A stretch of DNA of 64,000 bases from Octopus bimaculoides (GCF_001194135.2 NC_069003.1:1604272-1668271), one strand, 5' to 3'. Positions 24,984-39,321 are shown, counted from the first letter of the stretch. The notes: a model not told the origin generated them from the letters alone. Translations and numbers: made by a program.

Positions 24984-25310
24984 ATCTTTTACTTGTTTGT
25001 GTTTAAGTCATTAGACTACCGGGATGCTGGGGCGCTGCCTTGAAGAATTTTTAGTCGAACGTATTGAACCCTGTACTTTTTAAAGCCTGGTGTTATTCTA
25101 TCGTTTTGTTTGCCAAACCGCTAAGTTGCAGGATCATAAACACAGACGCACATATACGACGGGCTTCTTTCAATTTCCATTTAACAAATCCACTCACAAG
25201 GCTTTGGTCGGCCCGAGGCCATAATAGGAGACATTTGCCGAAAGTTCCACGCAGTAGGACTGAACTCGGAGCCCTGTGGTTGGTGAGCAAGCTTTTTGCC
25301 ACACAGCCAC
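24984..25310 (-). mobile_element. SINE family A, near full length
   Basis: Head (ACACAGCCAC on plus at 25301-25310), body CAAGGCTTTGGTCGGCCCGAGG and ACGACGGGCTTCTTTCA, tail AACCGCTAAGTT...ATGCTGGGGCGCTGCCTTGAAG. Confidence 0.85.
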
Positions 25311-25689
25311 AGCGGTCTTCTACGATGCCCAGCTCACTGATCGTGTGTACTAAATTTCATTGACAATGAATTGTTCAGCGATTAAATTCATTGGTAGATG
25401 ATATTTGCGTCAAGTGTCGCATAATGCGTCCTGCTCAATATCACGTGATAGCAAAGTATCCTTTTTTTAAACACAGTCATTGTTCGCCTATCTACAGCAA
25501 AAAACGTTTGACGAATTGCACCATTCTGTCGTTTTGAACTAAAAAAAAGATTATTTGCTTAAAATGCATGTAACGGATTTTGTGCGGTGCTCTATTGATC
25601 ACCAATCCTACTAAATCAAGTGCCACAAAACTTCATTAAAAACAAAAGTAACGATAGAAATATTAAGCGAAATACTAAATAATAATGAT

Positions 25690-25708
25690 CAGAAATATGA
25701 TCGCTCTA

Positions 25709-25756
<48 letters not shown>

Positions 25757-25910
25757 GCAACGTCGACGCTGGCCGTAGCGACCACGACGAAGACGGTGAT
25801 AAAGTGTATGTTCATGGAAACGATAACGATAATGGCGATGATTATAATGATGGTGATGATGAATACGATGACGATGATGATGACGATGATGATGAATATT
25901 ATAATGATAG
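25690..25910. repeat. (GAT)n microsatellite and degenerate extension
   Basis: A pure gat run at ~25708-25755, then gat/gac/aat variants; produces the poly-M, poly-H and poly-I ORFs. Confidence 0.95.
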
Positions 25911-26930
25911 TGGGCTGATTCACTGAATAACTCCACTTCATTTATTTCTTTCCTTCATTAAATGTACGAGATGTTTATTATTATTTTTTGCCTTTATTGT
26001 TTTGTTTATGCTCCCATACACTCGCTTCTACATCACCATTCATATCTGTGTATTTTATTATTATCATTATTATTTTTATTATTATTGTGTTTGTCATCAT
26101 CATCATCATCATCATCATCATAAATATCCTTTATTTTTCATTGCTTTTTCGTTTTCTTGTCTGGTAATTTTTTTTTCTAATACCAATAATGATCGGTGCT
26201 AACATCAAAAGTTGTCCTCAATTAGTGCGTCTTTAGATCTTTGACCAATGACCGTCGCAATAAGCAATGGGGTGTGTTGGGATAGTATGCGGTTCGATGC
26301 TTCGTTGAGATTAATATTTCACAGACCAATTTCAGCAAGAATTGAAAGATTAAAGAAAAAAATGCCCACATAAAATACATAAAAAGCACTGAAGACGTGA
26401 TCTTTGAAGCGTCAACACTTAAAACTTAACACCACTGATGTCTAGATGTCTCAGTGTTGTTTTATAGCTTTAGAAATTTTGCAGAGGTTGTGGGGTGCCT
26501 CGAATTCTATGTATATACATGGTATAGTGAGAAAAGGCTGGGCAGTACCCATGACCGTATTCAAGGCCTCTGCGTCTGTTTCGAAAGAGCGGAAGTTATT
26601 CTCAGTCCAGAATTATGTGATATCAATCAGAAATAATGAATGATACATGAGAAATATAAACACGGAAGTTGAAGCAAGGGTATCTGTCTCTATGGGGTCA
26701 ACTACTGAAAATTGTAGCGATACTGCACTCGCTCCCTTTCGTAAATCCTACCGCAACCTCTTAAATAAAGCCACCCAAATCAGTGAATATATTCGTAGCT
26801 AAACAACGTTTTTGTATAGTATGTTTCTCTTTGATTATTGCCACTCACATTGTTGTCTGTTGAGAATCCAATGGGTTTCCTAACATGCTAAAACTACCAG
26901 CAAATTAAGTATTCCCCAAATACAACTTAC

Positions 26931-26975
26931 TGGTTTGAAGGAACAGAGCGGATGCATTTAAAAACAATTGATATT
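26931..26975 (-). CDS. Candidate 45-nt symmetric exon (unknown gene)
   Basis: Acceptor gatttttcttcctag and donor cca|gtaagt. Phase 1 gives (E)YQLFLNASALFLQT; phase 2 gives ISIVFKCIRSVPSN. Confidence 0.3.
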
Positions 26976-27052
26976 CTAGGAAGAAAAATCGACTTCATCA
27001 GTGGAGAAATATATTTGAGCAGTTCAATAGGCTTTAATAGCGATACAGCTGG

Positions 27053-27215
27053 AAAGCGGCGAGGTGACAGAATCGTTAGTGCGCCGGACAAAAAGCTCCG
27101 CGCCATTGCGCCCTTCTTCATGTTCTGAGGTGGACTTTCTCTTTCATCTTTTCGTCGTCAATAAAAAAAGTGCCATTTGAGTACNNNNNNNNNNGGGGTC
27201 GATGTAATGGCCTTA
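27053..27215 (+). mobile_element. SINE family B, degenerate, spanning a 10-N gap
   Basis: AAAGCGGCGAGGTGACAGAATCGTTAGTGCGCCGG...CTTTCATCTTTTCG...GGGGTCGATGTAAT. Confidence 0.65.
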
Positions 27216-27230
27216 ACCACACACACACAT

Positions 27231-27277
<47 letters not shown>

Positions 27278-28834
27278 CAGTGAGTATGATGTAAGGAAAG
27301 CATATCAATAAGTCTCTGTAAGAAACTCGTCGTGATGTTCTCACAGAAACTAATCAAATAAGAAACTTATAATAAAGGAAGTGATGTCGCTCATTCATAG
27401 CCATTACAAAGTTTATTAACACGAGTAGGATTACCAGTTACCATTCTTAAAGAACAAAGTTGTCTACGAGTCAATTCCTATTCTAATAGTCCTTCCGTAA
27501 TCAGTCAAAACACAATTATAAGCACCGTCTTGCCAAATTATTATCGATCTTGCACATTTATCTATTATGCAGCTGTCATTTGCTTTATTCTAAAGTTGTT
27601 TACAATGTATTCGACGCATATTATTTCTGGGTGAAAATAAATAAATATTTTCCACTACGTAACCAATGAAGGAGCGTTTCCAACAGGAATTCTATAACAA
27701 TTCTTAATATAATAAATATAGACCGATCAAGAGAGGCATTGGAACGCTTAAAGCAACCGTATGACATGAATCAAGCGCCATGCACAACCAGCAAGGCTTA
27801 CAATCGATGTCAATCACGTATTGGCAAGCGGATATTTCATGACGCAAATCCCCTCAGCCATACTAAACTCAACAGTGGATCGCGCGTAAGCATTTCACAG
27901 CGATTATAAAGGACGAAATCCACATAGGCTGCTTTGAACATGCATTGTTTTCAAATCTTGCAAGTTGAGTCAGAATAGCGTTTGAGAGTAGGTCATCTCT
28001 ATTATAGTATATGCACACATACTTGAAAACACGTATGCATAGACATAAGTATACATGCATATTTACAGACACACTTATACATATATATATATAAATATAC
28101 ATATATACATTTGTATGTGTATGTATCTATGTATCTCTTTCTTTCCCTCACTCCCTCCCCCCTCTCTCTCTCTCCTGTGTCTCAAGTAAACATGTTGAAA
28201 TTGATTTGTAAATAAAACAGGTTAATTTTCTCTTACCTAAACATGCTGTTGCTCTCTACTGTAAATTTACATTTACACATAATTGGTTTCCAGCTCACCT
28301 CTTTCTTTCTGGCACTCCTTGCATTACCATTATCTAACCCATTCAACATGTTCAGTTAATTTTAACTAATCTTATACCATGTATCAATGGCAAATTTTGT
28401 AGCTTCATATGAAAGTGCATTATCATAGCGTAGGTTGACGGTGTTCTTTCCGTGCGGCACTCTTTCAACTTCTTACATACTCAGGTTTTCACCTTGTCAA
28501 CCACTCTCCTCCTGTTATACACCAATATTTTTAATTGCACACAAAACAACACTTAATGTTATGACACTACCAGTCTTTCTCTCTAACATTTTCCATTCAG
28601 TTAAAACCAAAGAACCACATGTCAAACACGCACTCGTTCTAAAAGCACGGACTCCGACAACTTCCCATGTGAAACGGCAAATCTTGCAGCTTTAATAGCA
28701 AAAAGAAACACCCCAAATTTGTCATCATCCCACAGTTCCTCATTTAATCTTGATCACTATTCAAAGAATACCTCGTACTTGCACTGAAAACTGGGTTTCA
28801 CTAAGAACAAAGGTATAATCAGGTGAATAGTGGC

Positions 28835-28953
28835 CTAATGGCTGGTGAAAATCGCGCGTTGCGTAGATCGCACGGTTTTGGTGTACTCTAGGAAGTCCGA
28901 CGGGTCGAGAATTCCGGATTGTTCTTCTATGATTTTGAGATTATGTGGATCAC
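28835..28953 (-). CDS. Candidate terminal coding exon (unknown gene)
   Basis: Acceptor aaatgttattcatcag; only the phase-1 frame is open: (G)DPHNLKIIEEQSGILDPSDFLEYTKTVRSTQRAIFTSH*. CpG-richer than the flanks. Confidence 0.25.
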
Positions 28954-29565
28954 CTGATGAATAACATTTTTGACTATGGTGAGATGTATTCACCCATCAA
29001 ATAATAAAAAAAAGCGTAAGAAACAGCTGTAATACACTGGCATTTATCCATCGTCTGTTGTTCTCTAACTTCTCTCTATCTCTCTTTCTATTACATACTA
29101 TTATCTGTAGGTATGAGTGTTTATCTGTGTGTATGTGTGTGTGAATAGATTAATGGATGGATGGATGGATGGGCGGATTGTTGGATGGATGTATAAAATG
29201 AGGAAATTATTCTGGGTAAATACAGGACCTAGTTAAGATGAAAATAAGATCTCTCAGTTGAATAACCCAGGTAAATATATCGATGAAAACACGAAAAGCA
29301 TAATTTACAACTCCTTTAAATAATCTCCTCGCATGTATTTGATAAACAGAATGGCTACCTCGATTGATGCAATGTAGATATATCTACGCATTCTAATAAT
29401 GTAATAGTTTTATTGGCAACCTTATCAGTTATACGGAGGAGAGGATAGCAATGCAGTTTTAACTGTAAACCAGAATAAGATATCTCTAACATTTAAACAC
29501 TTAACACATAAATAATTCGTTTCCTTGTCTTGGATTATTTTTGTTCCGATATAGAAGTGTGTATC

Positions 29566-29638
29566 CCACGCAGTGGGACTGAACCCAGAACCATGTGGTT
29601 GGTAAGCAAGCTAATTATCACACAGCCTCTCCTGCACC

Positions 29639-29641
<3 letters not shown>
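29566..29641 (-). mobile_element. SINE family A head only
   Basis: Plus CACGCAGTGGGACTGAACCCAGAACCATGTGGTTGGTAAGCAAG...CCTGCACCTA. Confidence 0.85.
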
Positions 29642-29685
<44 letters not shown>

Positions 29686-30226
29686 CATTGATATATGTGC
29701 ACTAATCTTGACGTCGACTCACATGCATACACACACACACACACACACACACACTACGCAGACACACACGCCTGCACAGTTATACAGATGCACATGCAAG
29801 TAGCAAGACACGAACGGCAGCAGGCGTTCACTTGTAAACGTCCATATATTTGTCAAACCTGTCGCCTAGTTTCCCTTTTAGAGACGTAGGCAGTTACATA
29901 TGAAGTCATTGCTACAAATGATTACCTTCATACATAAAATTGTGTTCAGATGTTTGTGCAGATGCATACGAAATGAAATGCGGAATTTCCTGTGTATAAA
30001 TATAATGGAGAATGCATGAATATTAATATATATATATATTAATAATAATATTAGGGACAAAATCCAAAATTACAGGTAAAAAACTCAATTAAAATCAATT
30101 TATAAAAAATTAAAATTAAATTGAGCCTTATAGATAAAGTATATATTAAATATATATTAAATTTATTGTGCTTTTAATTATTAATTTTTCATCGATGAGT
30201 TCTTGAAAATTGGTTATTTTCCCTAA

Positions 30227-30260
<34 letters not shown>

Positions 30261-30335
30261 TTTGGGTATACCTTTGGGTAGAGCAAGTTAACAGTTGCTA
30301 ATCTGTAATAAGTTACGCTGTCCTCCAAAAGAATT

Positions 30336-30374
<39 letters not shown>

Positions 30375-33300
30375 CGCACCATATGCATATATGTATATGT
30401 AAATATATACATGTACATATACATACACACACAGATATATATATATATACATATAAATTTATATACAAAGATAGGTGTATAGATAGATAAAGAGACAGAC
30501 ATACATACAAACATATGCGCGCACACAGAGACACACGCACACACACACACACGCACACAACACACATACATATATATATGGACGCACCTCCACACACCCA
30601 CACATCCACGCACACTTACATACACATTATGACACTGGCGTATATGTCTGCAGACATGTCAACGCAATGAAGTGAATACACTTAGAGACAGGCTGACAGT
30701 CTGAGACACCGACATCTTCACAGATTTATAATGAGAAAAAAAGAAAAAAAAAAAAGAAAGCAAGGAAGAAATTCTATTCGGACAGTGATTTTGTGAACAT
30801 TTATTTATTCGTTTATGTATTTTTTTTTTCCTGTATTCAATGACAGATAGGAATGTAATTAGAAACTTTGACACTCATTAGCTTAGTGTCATATGCAAAT
30901 CATTTCATACGGATTATTTCATCAAGGAAGAAAATATATCTCTCCTAATTAAATAAAGCCAAAAAAAAAAAAAAAGTGAAAAACAGAAAGAACGAAGGAA
31001 AGGACGAAAGATAAGAGGAAAGAAAGAAGGAATGAAAGAAAGAAAAAAGGAACAAATAAAGAAAGAAAGAAAAAATATGGGAAATATATATATATATATT
31101 TATATTGTTGTTTTTACTGTTTATAATTTTGTATCGGGAGCAGATGTCTTTTGTTTATTTGAATTTTGTTTCTAGTCATGCTTTCTTTCGATGTTGTTCA
31201 GTCCTGTTGTTGGTCTTGGTGTTGTTGTGGTTATTATTACTGTTTAGTTTCAGGTCGACCCTGATCACGCGGAGCTTCAAGCACAGGCATAACTGCCATG
31301 CATTTTTACCCTTTTCCTTGCGCTATCGATTATCTCCAACTTCAATATTCAATATACCCCTTTACCTTCTCAAACGGGTGCCATGAAATCGAACGACATG
31401 TTGTAGCTATCTCTTGTATTTTAAGCTACCATATAGACACTCCTATATTCAATTGAATTTCCTGTAAGGACCCCTAATTTGCAATATTGTCAAATAATCA
31501 TTCTTTAACATTTTGACCCCCAATTTTCCTGGAATAAAATTCTCACCAATATCGATCGGTTGTTTGATCCTTCACCAAAGATCGATAACATAAATGCTAG
31601 TTACTGATTGATTGAAGAAAAAGTTATCGATAATTTCTAATTGTCTAAATGTGATTAAAGCAGAACTGACTTAAATTATTTGGTCATTGGATGAAAACCC
31701 TTTCTCTGTGCGTTTTTCTGTTCTGAGATCAAATCTTGTGGGAGACAGGTTTTCATTTCATTCGTACAGTCTCGATAAAATAATTTATGAATATTAATTT
31801 TTGGTTCGGCGGGAATTTGAAAACGATGGACAAATTGCTTTTTGCGTTTATTTCTCTTCTTCCCGTTCCGTGAACACAGACAAGATAATATTTTGTATAA
31901 CGTACTCGACGAAAAGCAAATGTACTAGAAATGTGTATGAAAATTCATGGCACTCGGAAGCAGGGTGCTTATGCTAGTTCATCTCAAGTGTGATTGAATA
32001 GAAAAACAAATGAGTGGTCGGTGTGTGACTTTGTTAAACCTCAGCTCAGAAATTATGTATATTAACGAAATTCCAAACGAAGTTCTCGTTTAGTCTTTGT
32101 TTCAAACCATATTAACTAATTCTATTGATGCCTACCCTTCCAAATGGGAATAGGGTACGATTAAAATTACTACAAGCTGGTTCTAAATGTTGGTGCCCTG
32201 GTTAAGTCACCAACGAATGTTTGAAATCAGAGATAAAAGGCAATATTCCAAAGCATTTGAAGAAACTGTGGCGGAATTCCATAAAACTGAAAGATATCTT
32301 ACCATAACGCTCATTGTTCAATGGTATTTAAGTATACAAACAATTATGGACAGAGATGCAACACATTCGCTCATAGATATGAATAAATACAGTGCCAAAA
32401 GAACATAAATAATGTAAATGGTACCAAAAAGAACATTCACAAAAACATTATGCTCCAAGATTTAAATTGATAAAAAAAGAAAGGAAGAAAAACGAGTAAT
32501 CATGTAACCGGATAAGAATTTGATCTGGGGCGTCAGACATCAAAAAACAGCGCAAGAGGCTATATAAAAATCAAAAGAAAAATCAAATCCGATTAGAGAA
32601 CATTGATGCAACCGCTGTATCTGACAAAAATCCTCGCTAAATATAGATCAAATAAAACGATAGTGAGTTAAATAAAGAGAATTTTATTGGGCAATGATAG
32701 AAATTGAAAATAACTTCGAACGGAATAGATTTAGATATCTGTCGAAAAGATGAGGACCTGGCTGAGAAATGAACGGTAGAAATAGCTACAACATCAGACC
32801 TAAACTTAGAGTTACAACAAGAAACTACATTACAGCAATATATGATGTATACATCTATAAGCGACCTACATACAGTTGTAGTCCACAATAGTTTACTAAA
32901 AATACAGAAAAGCCGATAATATGTATTAATAAATATCGTAGAGTATTTCCAAAATCGGGACATTATGTAATTCATATATGAATGCAAGCTAACTGCATCG
33001 CGTGCCAACAGCGCGTTCAGCGTTTCAAGTTATGCGCGCTGCAGCCCACTGGAAACTCTTGATACGAATTATCTAAACTAATTATAACAGAAGTATTTAA
33101 ATAGCGTGTGTGTGTGTGTAGCCAAACTTGTTTTGTACATATATTATCAGGGTGATAAAAAGTTCAAAAAAAGTTTCTCCCCAAAATAAGAAAGAACTCA
33201 AATTTAAATCGAAAGAGACTGTCATAGTATATTCTTGTCTGACTAACGATAGCGAATTAAATGCACATATACATACATACACAAATACACGCATAATACA

Positions 33301-33569
33301 TATATACATCTATCTTAATTGAGGTAATGGATCAGGAAAACCCCATGCTAAATATTACTTATTGGCCCGTAAAACCACATCACTTCTGCCAATTAACTTG
33401 GGTTCCTTTGACCGCTTGTGACTAAGGTAGCTTTAGACCTTGCACCTGGTGAGTAGGTAGTGGTGTAACCCTTATTGTGTAATTCTTACTCCCGTTGTTC
33501 TGCTCCAGTCTCTCAGCTTGGATATTTATTCGCATGCATAGCAATCTTAGTTGCTAACTATAGAGACAA

Positions 33570-33788
33570 ACAGACAGATACATACATACATAAATAGACA
33601 GACAGACCTTATATAGACAGACATAGAGGCAAATAGAAAGAAAGAAAGATATATACATACATAGATGGGTAGATAGATAGACAGATAGAGAGAGAGATAA
33701 AGAGAGAGTGGAAGAGAGAGATAGATACACAGATAGAGAGATGAAGAGAGAGAGAGGAATAGACAGATAAATAAATAGAGAAAGATAC

Positions 33789-33832
<44 letters not shown>

Positions 33833-33840
33833 GGAGAGAG
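33570..33840. repeat. (GATA)n/(GA)n compound microsatellite
   Basis: Visible agat, gaga and agac repeats. Confidence 0.9.
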
Positions 33841-34135
33841 AGATACGTACACCGTTCGGAGATATGTTTGTATGCATATTTTATACGTATAAATTTTCAA
33901 ATATGTATTTATGTCTGGAGACAAGAGACGGAAGATGGTATTAATTCAGTTGGGTATTAAATGAATCAAATGAATTAAATTTACTTATTCGTCTAGAAAT
34001 GCGTGTAAATAAGTGGAATGAAAAGCGTCGGAGAATGAATCTTAAAACTAACTTTACATCACATATTACAACGAAATCAACATCATTTACATCATCAGCC
34101 ATATTAATTTGATAATGGAACGACTGCTTCTGCCA

Positions 34136-34145
34136 CTACCACTAG

Positions 34146-34196
<51 letters not shown>

Positions 34197-34224
34197 CCCC
34201 GCCGTCGCTGCTGCTGCTGCTGCT
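34136..34224. repeat. (CTA)n followed by (GCT)n
   Basis: Directly visible. Confidence 0.95.
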
Positions 34225-37194
34225 TTAATTTTGGCAATTCGGCGGTGATTTATGTTTTCGCAATAGTTACATTAATGTTACACAAGATTAGCAGCAAGTA
34301 CACTTGGAGCCGCATGGAATATATATATATGTATGTATATACTCACGGGGGAAATGTACACCAATTAAATGATCTTATAACGAGAAACATATGCGTATAA
34401 TCGTAAATGTTTTTGTGTCTGTCTGTATATGCATAAACTGATATGTGTACGTATTGTATATATTACATATATGTATGTATACCCACGGACACACACATAC
34501 ACACACTCATATTTATACATATACATATATTTACATGTCTATATGTATATATAAATTTATATAAGTATATATGTAGCAACATAGATATATACATATATAT
34601 ATATGTGTGTGTGTATAAGCGTATATATATATGTATATGTGTATATATATATATATATATACATACACATATACATATATATATACATATATATATATAA
34701 GATGCATACATGCACATACGCACAGAGATACGCTCACATAAATCTTTATGCTTAATTGAATTCAACCTGGGGCTGTGACGAGGATAGTCTGGGTATATAT
34801 CTCTATATATCACCCATGTACCCGCCTTTCTATATACATATGATCACATGTCCGTTTTTTACGTGTATACGCTCTTACATATGTTTAACTTTGCGTTAGT
34901 TTGTTTACATATGTTCGCCTATGTACGTGTGTTTAAAGAACGTCTTTGCACGCGACCACAACAACGACTGGCGACCAAAGTTTATAACATGTCATGTCAT
35001 TTGAAAGTACGCATAAGTTTAAATTTATGATTATGTTAACAAAACCCAACAAGCTTTGTATTACTATCACATGCTGAGACAAATCAAACCAAACATACGA
35101 ACATACGAATATACATGCTTGCTAAATATTTTCAAAATGTAAGACGATCGCTACTCTGGCATAAACCCCGCACCTAATCAGGGTTAAATTTATCTCCAGT
35201 GGCACGTGCTTAAATGTTTATCTCGTTTGTAATAGGAATGAATAATGACAACAATAAGTTTCACATTTTGAATCACGAATTATTTTTATAGTAAATTTCT
35301 CCGAGATACACAAGCTGCACTCATTTCAAAGAAGCAGGTTTTTGAATATGTGATATTTGATTGCAAGTATATGTAAATCCGTCTTTCATTACCAGAAGTA
35401 CTTTTGAAAATAAATAATGAAACACGGGCTTATACATCCTTACAATCAAATATCAGTTGGTGATATGCTGAACACAAACTTTTGAAAATTGCACTCCATC
35501 ACGCCCACTGTTGTAAGAATACTGCCCGTTGAGAAAAAGTATCAAAATAAATGAAATATTTGTTGAACCTAGTTTCAAATACCCTCCCGTGATAGGTATT
35601 CTTTGTGCATAAACTTTCACTGTCGAATAATTCAAGAAAATGCAGAGAATGCGTGAAATATAATGAAAGAGGATGGGCATATCAGATATTATACTTCTCC
35701 ATAAGAAGTGGATAGTTTTAATTATATGTTAGTCTTCATATCATCTGCTTCACGTCAGAAAGGTTAGCAAACTTAACACATTCGTCATAAAAATAGATAA
35801 TCCGCATATTTATGGCACTTTCGATATTATATCTAGAATAAATGAGAGACCTAGACAGGAACGCGTTTTATTATAAATCTGCTCGACTACACGGTCAGAA
35901 ATGGACTGGCATTTAGAGGAATTAGGTGATTTAGATTCCAAGGAAAGGCAGTGATATCGTGCTACGTTGTTAAACATAGAAATGTGACACGAGATACTAT
36001 TGAGGTAAATATTTCTAATGTTAGATGGTTGTCACAGATGGAATACTCTTTGCTATATTTTGTTTCATCAAGTTTTTGAAAGCGCTTAAAAGTAATCTAC
36101 TTGTAAATAAAATAGATATCATCTATACTCCTAAAAAGACGTAAGGGTCACGTTTATATCTTCACCATATGCCCGCCTGATCACTTTACATTAACTTAAC
36201 GATTTAAGAAAGCAGATAGATAATTCTCTCCTGGACCGTCCCAGCTGGAGTATCTTTGATCTGAGTGTTGAGGGCTGTCCTAGGCACAAACAAAAACAGA
36301 AGCAACAATTTGACTTGAAACACTGGTCGGTACAATTGCTTTAACATCATATCTTCGAAAGACTAAGTCGCATGCACTCTGCGCGCTTTAAGAAATAAAC
36401 TTGTTCCTATGTTATTGAAACTGTTTACGTTTTCTCTACAACCATTGAGTGTCTATAAAATAATTTACGGTTTAAAAATTTCTGGCAAGAGAATACTTTT
36501 CAGGCCTGTCTATATTAGCTTATGTTTAATAGGTTTTTCTTGCCAATAATCTAAATCTAACTTTTGGGCGTATTGTCAATAGTTAATTAAGATCTACTGC
36601 AGCGACAACAGGGAATATGGGAAGTCAGCGGAATAAAGTTGTGATGTTGGCAGAGTTATAAATAAAATTTTCTTTATATCTTTCTCCACGAAAGTAGCTA
36701 TACATGCAGTGCCTAATTGTTATATACACTCACTCGAACACACTCACGCATACACACACACACGAACACACATGATTGTATATTTATGACTAAGTGGGCG
36801 ATATGACTGAGTGAAGGTCGTGGGTGTGTAGCCAGTATCTGGGGACAGGGCTCTTACAGAGACGTAAATCAATCTCACAAAACAAATGCACATTAGTCTC
36901 AGTGAGTCATATATAAATCGGAATTACTCAAGCATGTGTTTGTATATGTGTGGTGTTTGGCGTGTATGAGTGTGCGCGTGAGTGTGTGGTGTTCGTATCA
37001 GTGTGTATCTGTGTCTCTGTGCGTCTGTAGTCGTAGGAATATACACGCACAAAATCATTAACATGTTTATGAACGAGTGTGTTTATGATTGTATTTCACG
37101 CAAAGAAATACACAAATGATTGCTTCTATTCTGCAAATTTAATTGCTCTAAACAGCATATAAGTAACACACACACACACACACACACACATACA

Positions 37195-37235
<41 letters not shown>

Positions 37236-37420
37236 NNNNNNNNNNNNNNNNNNNNNNNNNNNNNNNNNNNNNNNNNNNNNNNNNNNNNNNNNNNNNNNNN
37301 NNNNNNNNNNNNNNNNNNNNNNNNNNNNNNNNNNNNNNNNNNNNNNNNNNNNNNNNNNNNNNNNNNNNNNNNNNNNNNNNNNNNNNNNNNNNNNNNNNNN
37401 NNNNNNNNNTATATATATAG

Positions 37421-37691
37421 GGGAGCCCCGTCGTTTACGACGACGTGTGTCTCAGCAAATTCGATCAACTGAACAGCTTGCTCCGGAAATTAACGTGCAG
37501 GTGGTTGAGCACTCCACAAACATGCGTATCCTTAACGTTATTTTCAGAGATTCAGTGTGACAAGGCTGGCCCTTTGAAATACAGGTAGAACTCATGTTTG
37601 CCAACGGAGTGGGCTAGATCAATGTGAAAATAAAGTGTCTTGCTCAAGGACACGACACGCGCCAGGAACTGATCTTATGACCTTACGATCG
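37421..37691 (-). mobile_element. SINE with family C tail and a CORE-like body
   Basis: Plus CCGTCGTTTACGACGAC...CGATCAACTGAACAGC...ATTAACGTGCAGGTGGTTGAGCACTCCAC...CAAGGCTGGCCCTTTGAAATACAGGT...GTGTCTTGCTCAAGGACAC. Confidence 0.8.
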
Positions 37692-38339
37692 TGTGTGTGT
37701 GTGAGTGTGTATGCGTGTGGGCTTGTGTGCGTGACTACGTATGCAAGCATCGCTGTCTTTGTGTGGTTGTGTTTGTGATCAATAATGGATGGAAAAGCAG
37801 TATTACTATATTATATATTATTTTTCTTTTTCTTTTGTTTTTACTATTTTTCTTTGTGAGTTTTTATATTCCCCTACCTTAGCAGTTGGGGATTCGGCAA
37901 ACTGAGCCCGATAAAATTAGTGCTGCTGTAAAAACAGAATAATAACCTTTGGCAAAATTCAAAATAGCCATCAATTCCGAAATAATACAGAATAAGATTA
38001 TAAACAACTAGAACGTCAACAACAACATCAAGGGAAAACAAACACCACTTTACCAATAAAAACAAAGACGTATCCAAGTAGAGAATTTGCACCAGAATGA
38101 TTCTTAACCGTCATTTTCGAAAGATTATTAATATCAAATTATTTGAAATCATTTTTTTTTCCAGCTTAGAAACTATTCTCAAATGCAAATTCACTGCTAT
38201 ACTGGAAGAATCTTTGAAGAGGCGATGTTAGAACTTAGCAGAAAACAATCAAAGATTACTAATATGTACTTATTTATGTTGAATTGTATTTAAAAATCAA
38301 TAAAAATTTTGAAAGCTTGACGACGAGTGAAAGAGATGA

Positions 38340-38580
38340 GAGGGGGAGCATTTCTTTTATCATTGCCGCCATCATCATCATCGTTACCATCATCATCATC
38401 GTTACCATCATCATCATTCTCGTCGTGCTTTTCGTCATCATCATCATCGTCTTCATCATCACCATCGTTGTTTTTATCATCGTCGACACCATTATTAGCT
38501 TCAGTAGGAGCAGTGTTCTCCTCTTCCTCCTCCTCCTCGACAACATCATCGTCGTCGTTGTCGTCAGCATCATGCTCATC
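38340..38580. repeat. Degenerate (CAT/CGT/CTC)n trinucleotide tract
   Basis: Includes a tandem gttaccatcatcatc unit; produces the poly-D/E, poly-S and poly-I ORFs in several frames. Confidence 0.85.
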
Positions 38581-39321
38581 ATAATTAGTATTTGTTTTAA
38601 TTAGCATGAATGCTGCTGGTTTTTGGCGTTACATCGTATCGAATTTACTGACACATGCTACACTACGAAGTCGGATTCCGTCACTTGAAAAACGAAGACA
38701 AATAACCTTTTCTTCTCCGTCTAATTACACACATACTTATTCATGTACGTATCACATACAAGTAAGACAGAAACATAATCACATACATAGAAGCGTGTTC
38801 GCCCGCACACCCACACATGCATACCTATATGTTATACATATATCTTTATCCGTTTACAATATATGCCTGTCTTCTTGAGTTGCTTTACGTGTGTACGTAC
38901 GATATGACTATGTGAGTAAATTTGAATATATATATATATATATACACTCAAATATTCATTTCCTGCATGGAATTAACATATCATGAAATCAACGTTCCCA
39001 TACTTCCGCATTGATAATATTGCCTGGAAACAAATTGTATGAACTTACTATAGATATTACAGCACTCACTCGTATACATGAGCGCACACGCACACACTTA
39101 TACACAGACTCTCAAACAGCGATATGCCTTTCGAACATCAATTCTGTTCTGTAGATAACAGCGCCGTGCACTTTAAGACTATACGCTCCACAACCCCAAG
39201 GAACTTGGTTCGTCCACATTCCGCGTCTCCTCGTAGCAGTATCACATAGAAAAGCCACGCAGTTTCGTGTACAAGCATTTATTTGGTCTTTTACCAGTTC
39301 AAACCAATTTGTTGTTCACAG

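Noticed and set aside
25675-25941. Poly-His, poly-Met and poly-Ile ORFs
   Set aside because: Translations of the (GAT)n microsatellite.
7937-28783. Shared 13-mer TACCTCGTACTTG at ~7938 and ~28768
   Set aside because: Several 13-mer matches are expected by chance within 64 kb, and there is no flanking similarity.
38274-38607. Acidic D/E-rich 105-aa ORF
   Set aside because: Degenerate trinucleotide repeat open in four frames, with no complex sequence.
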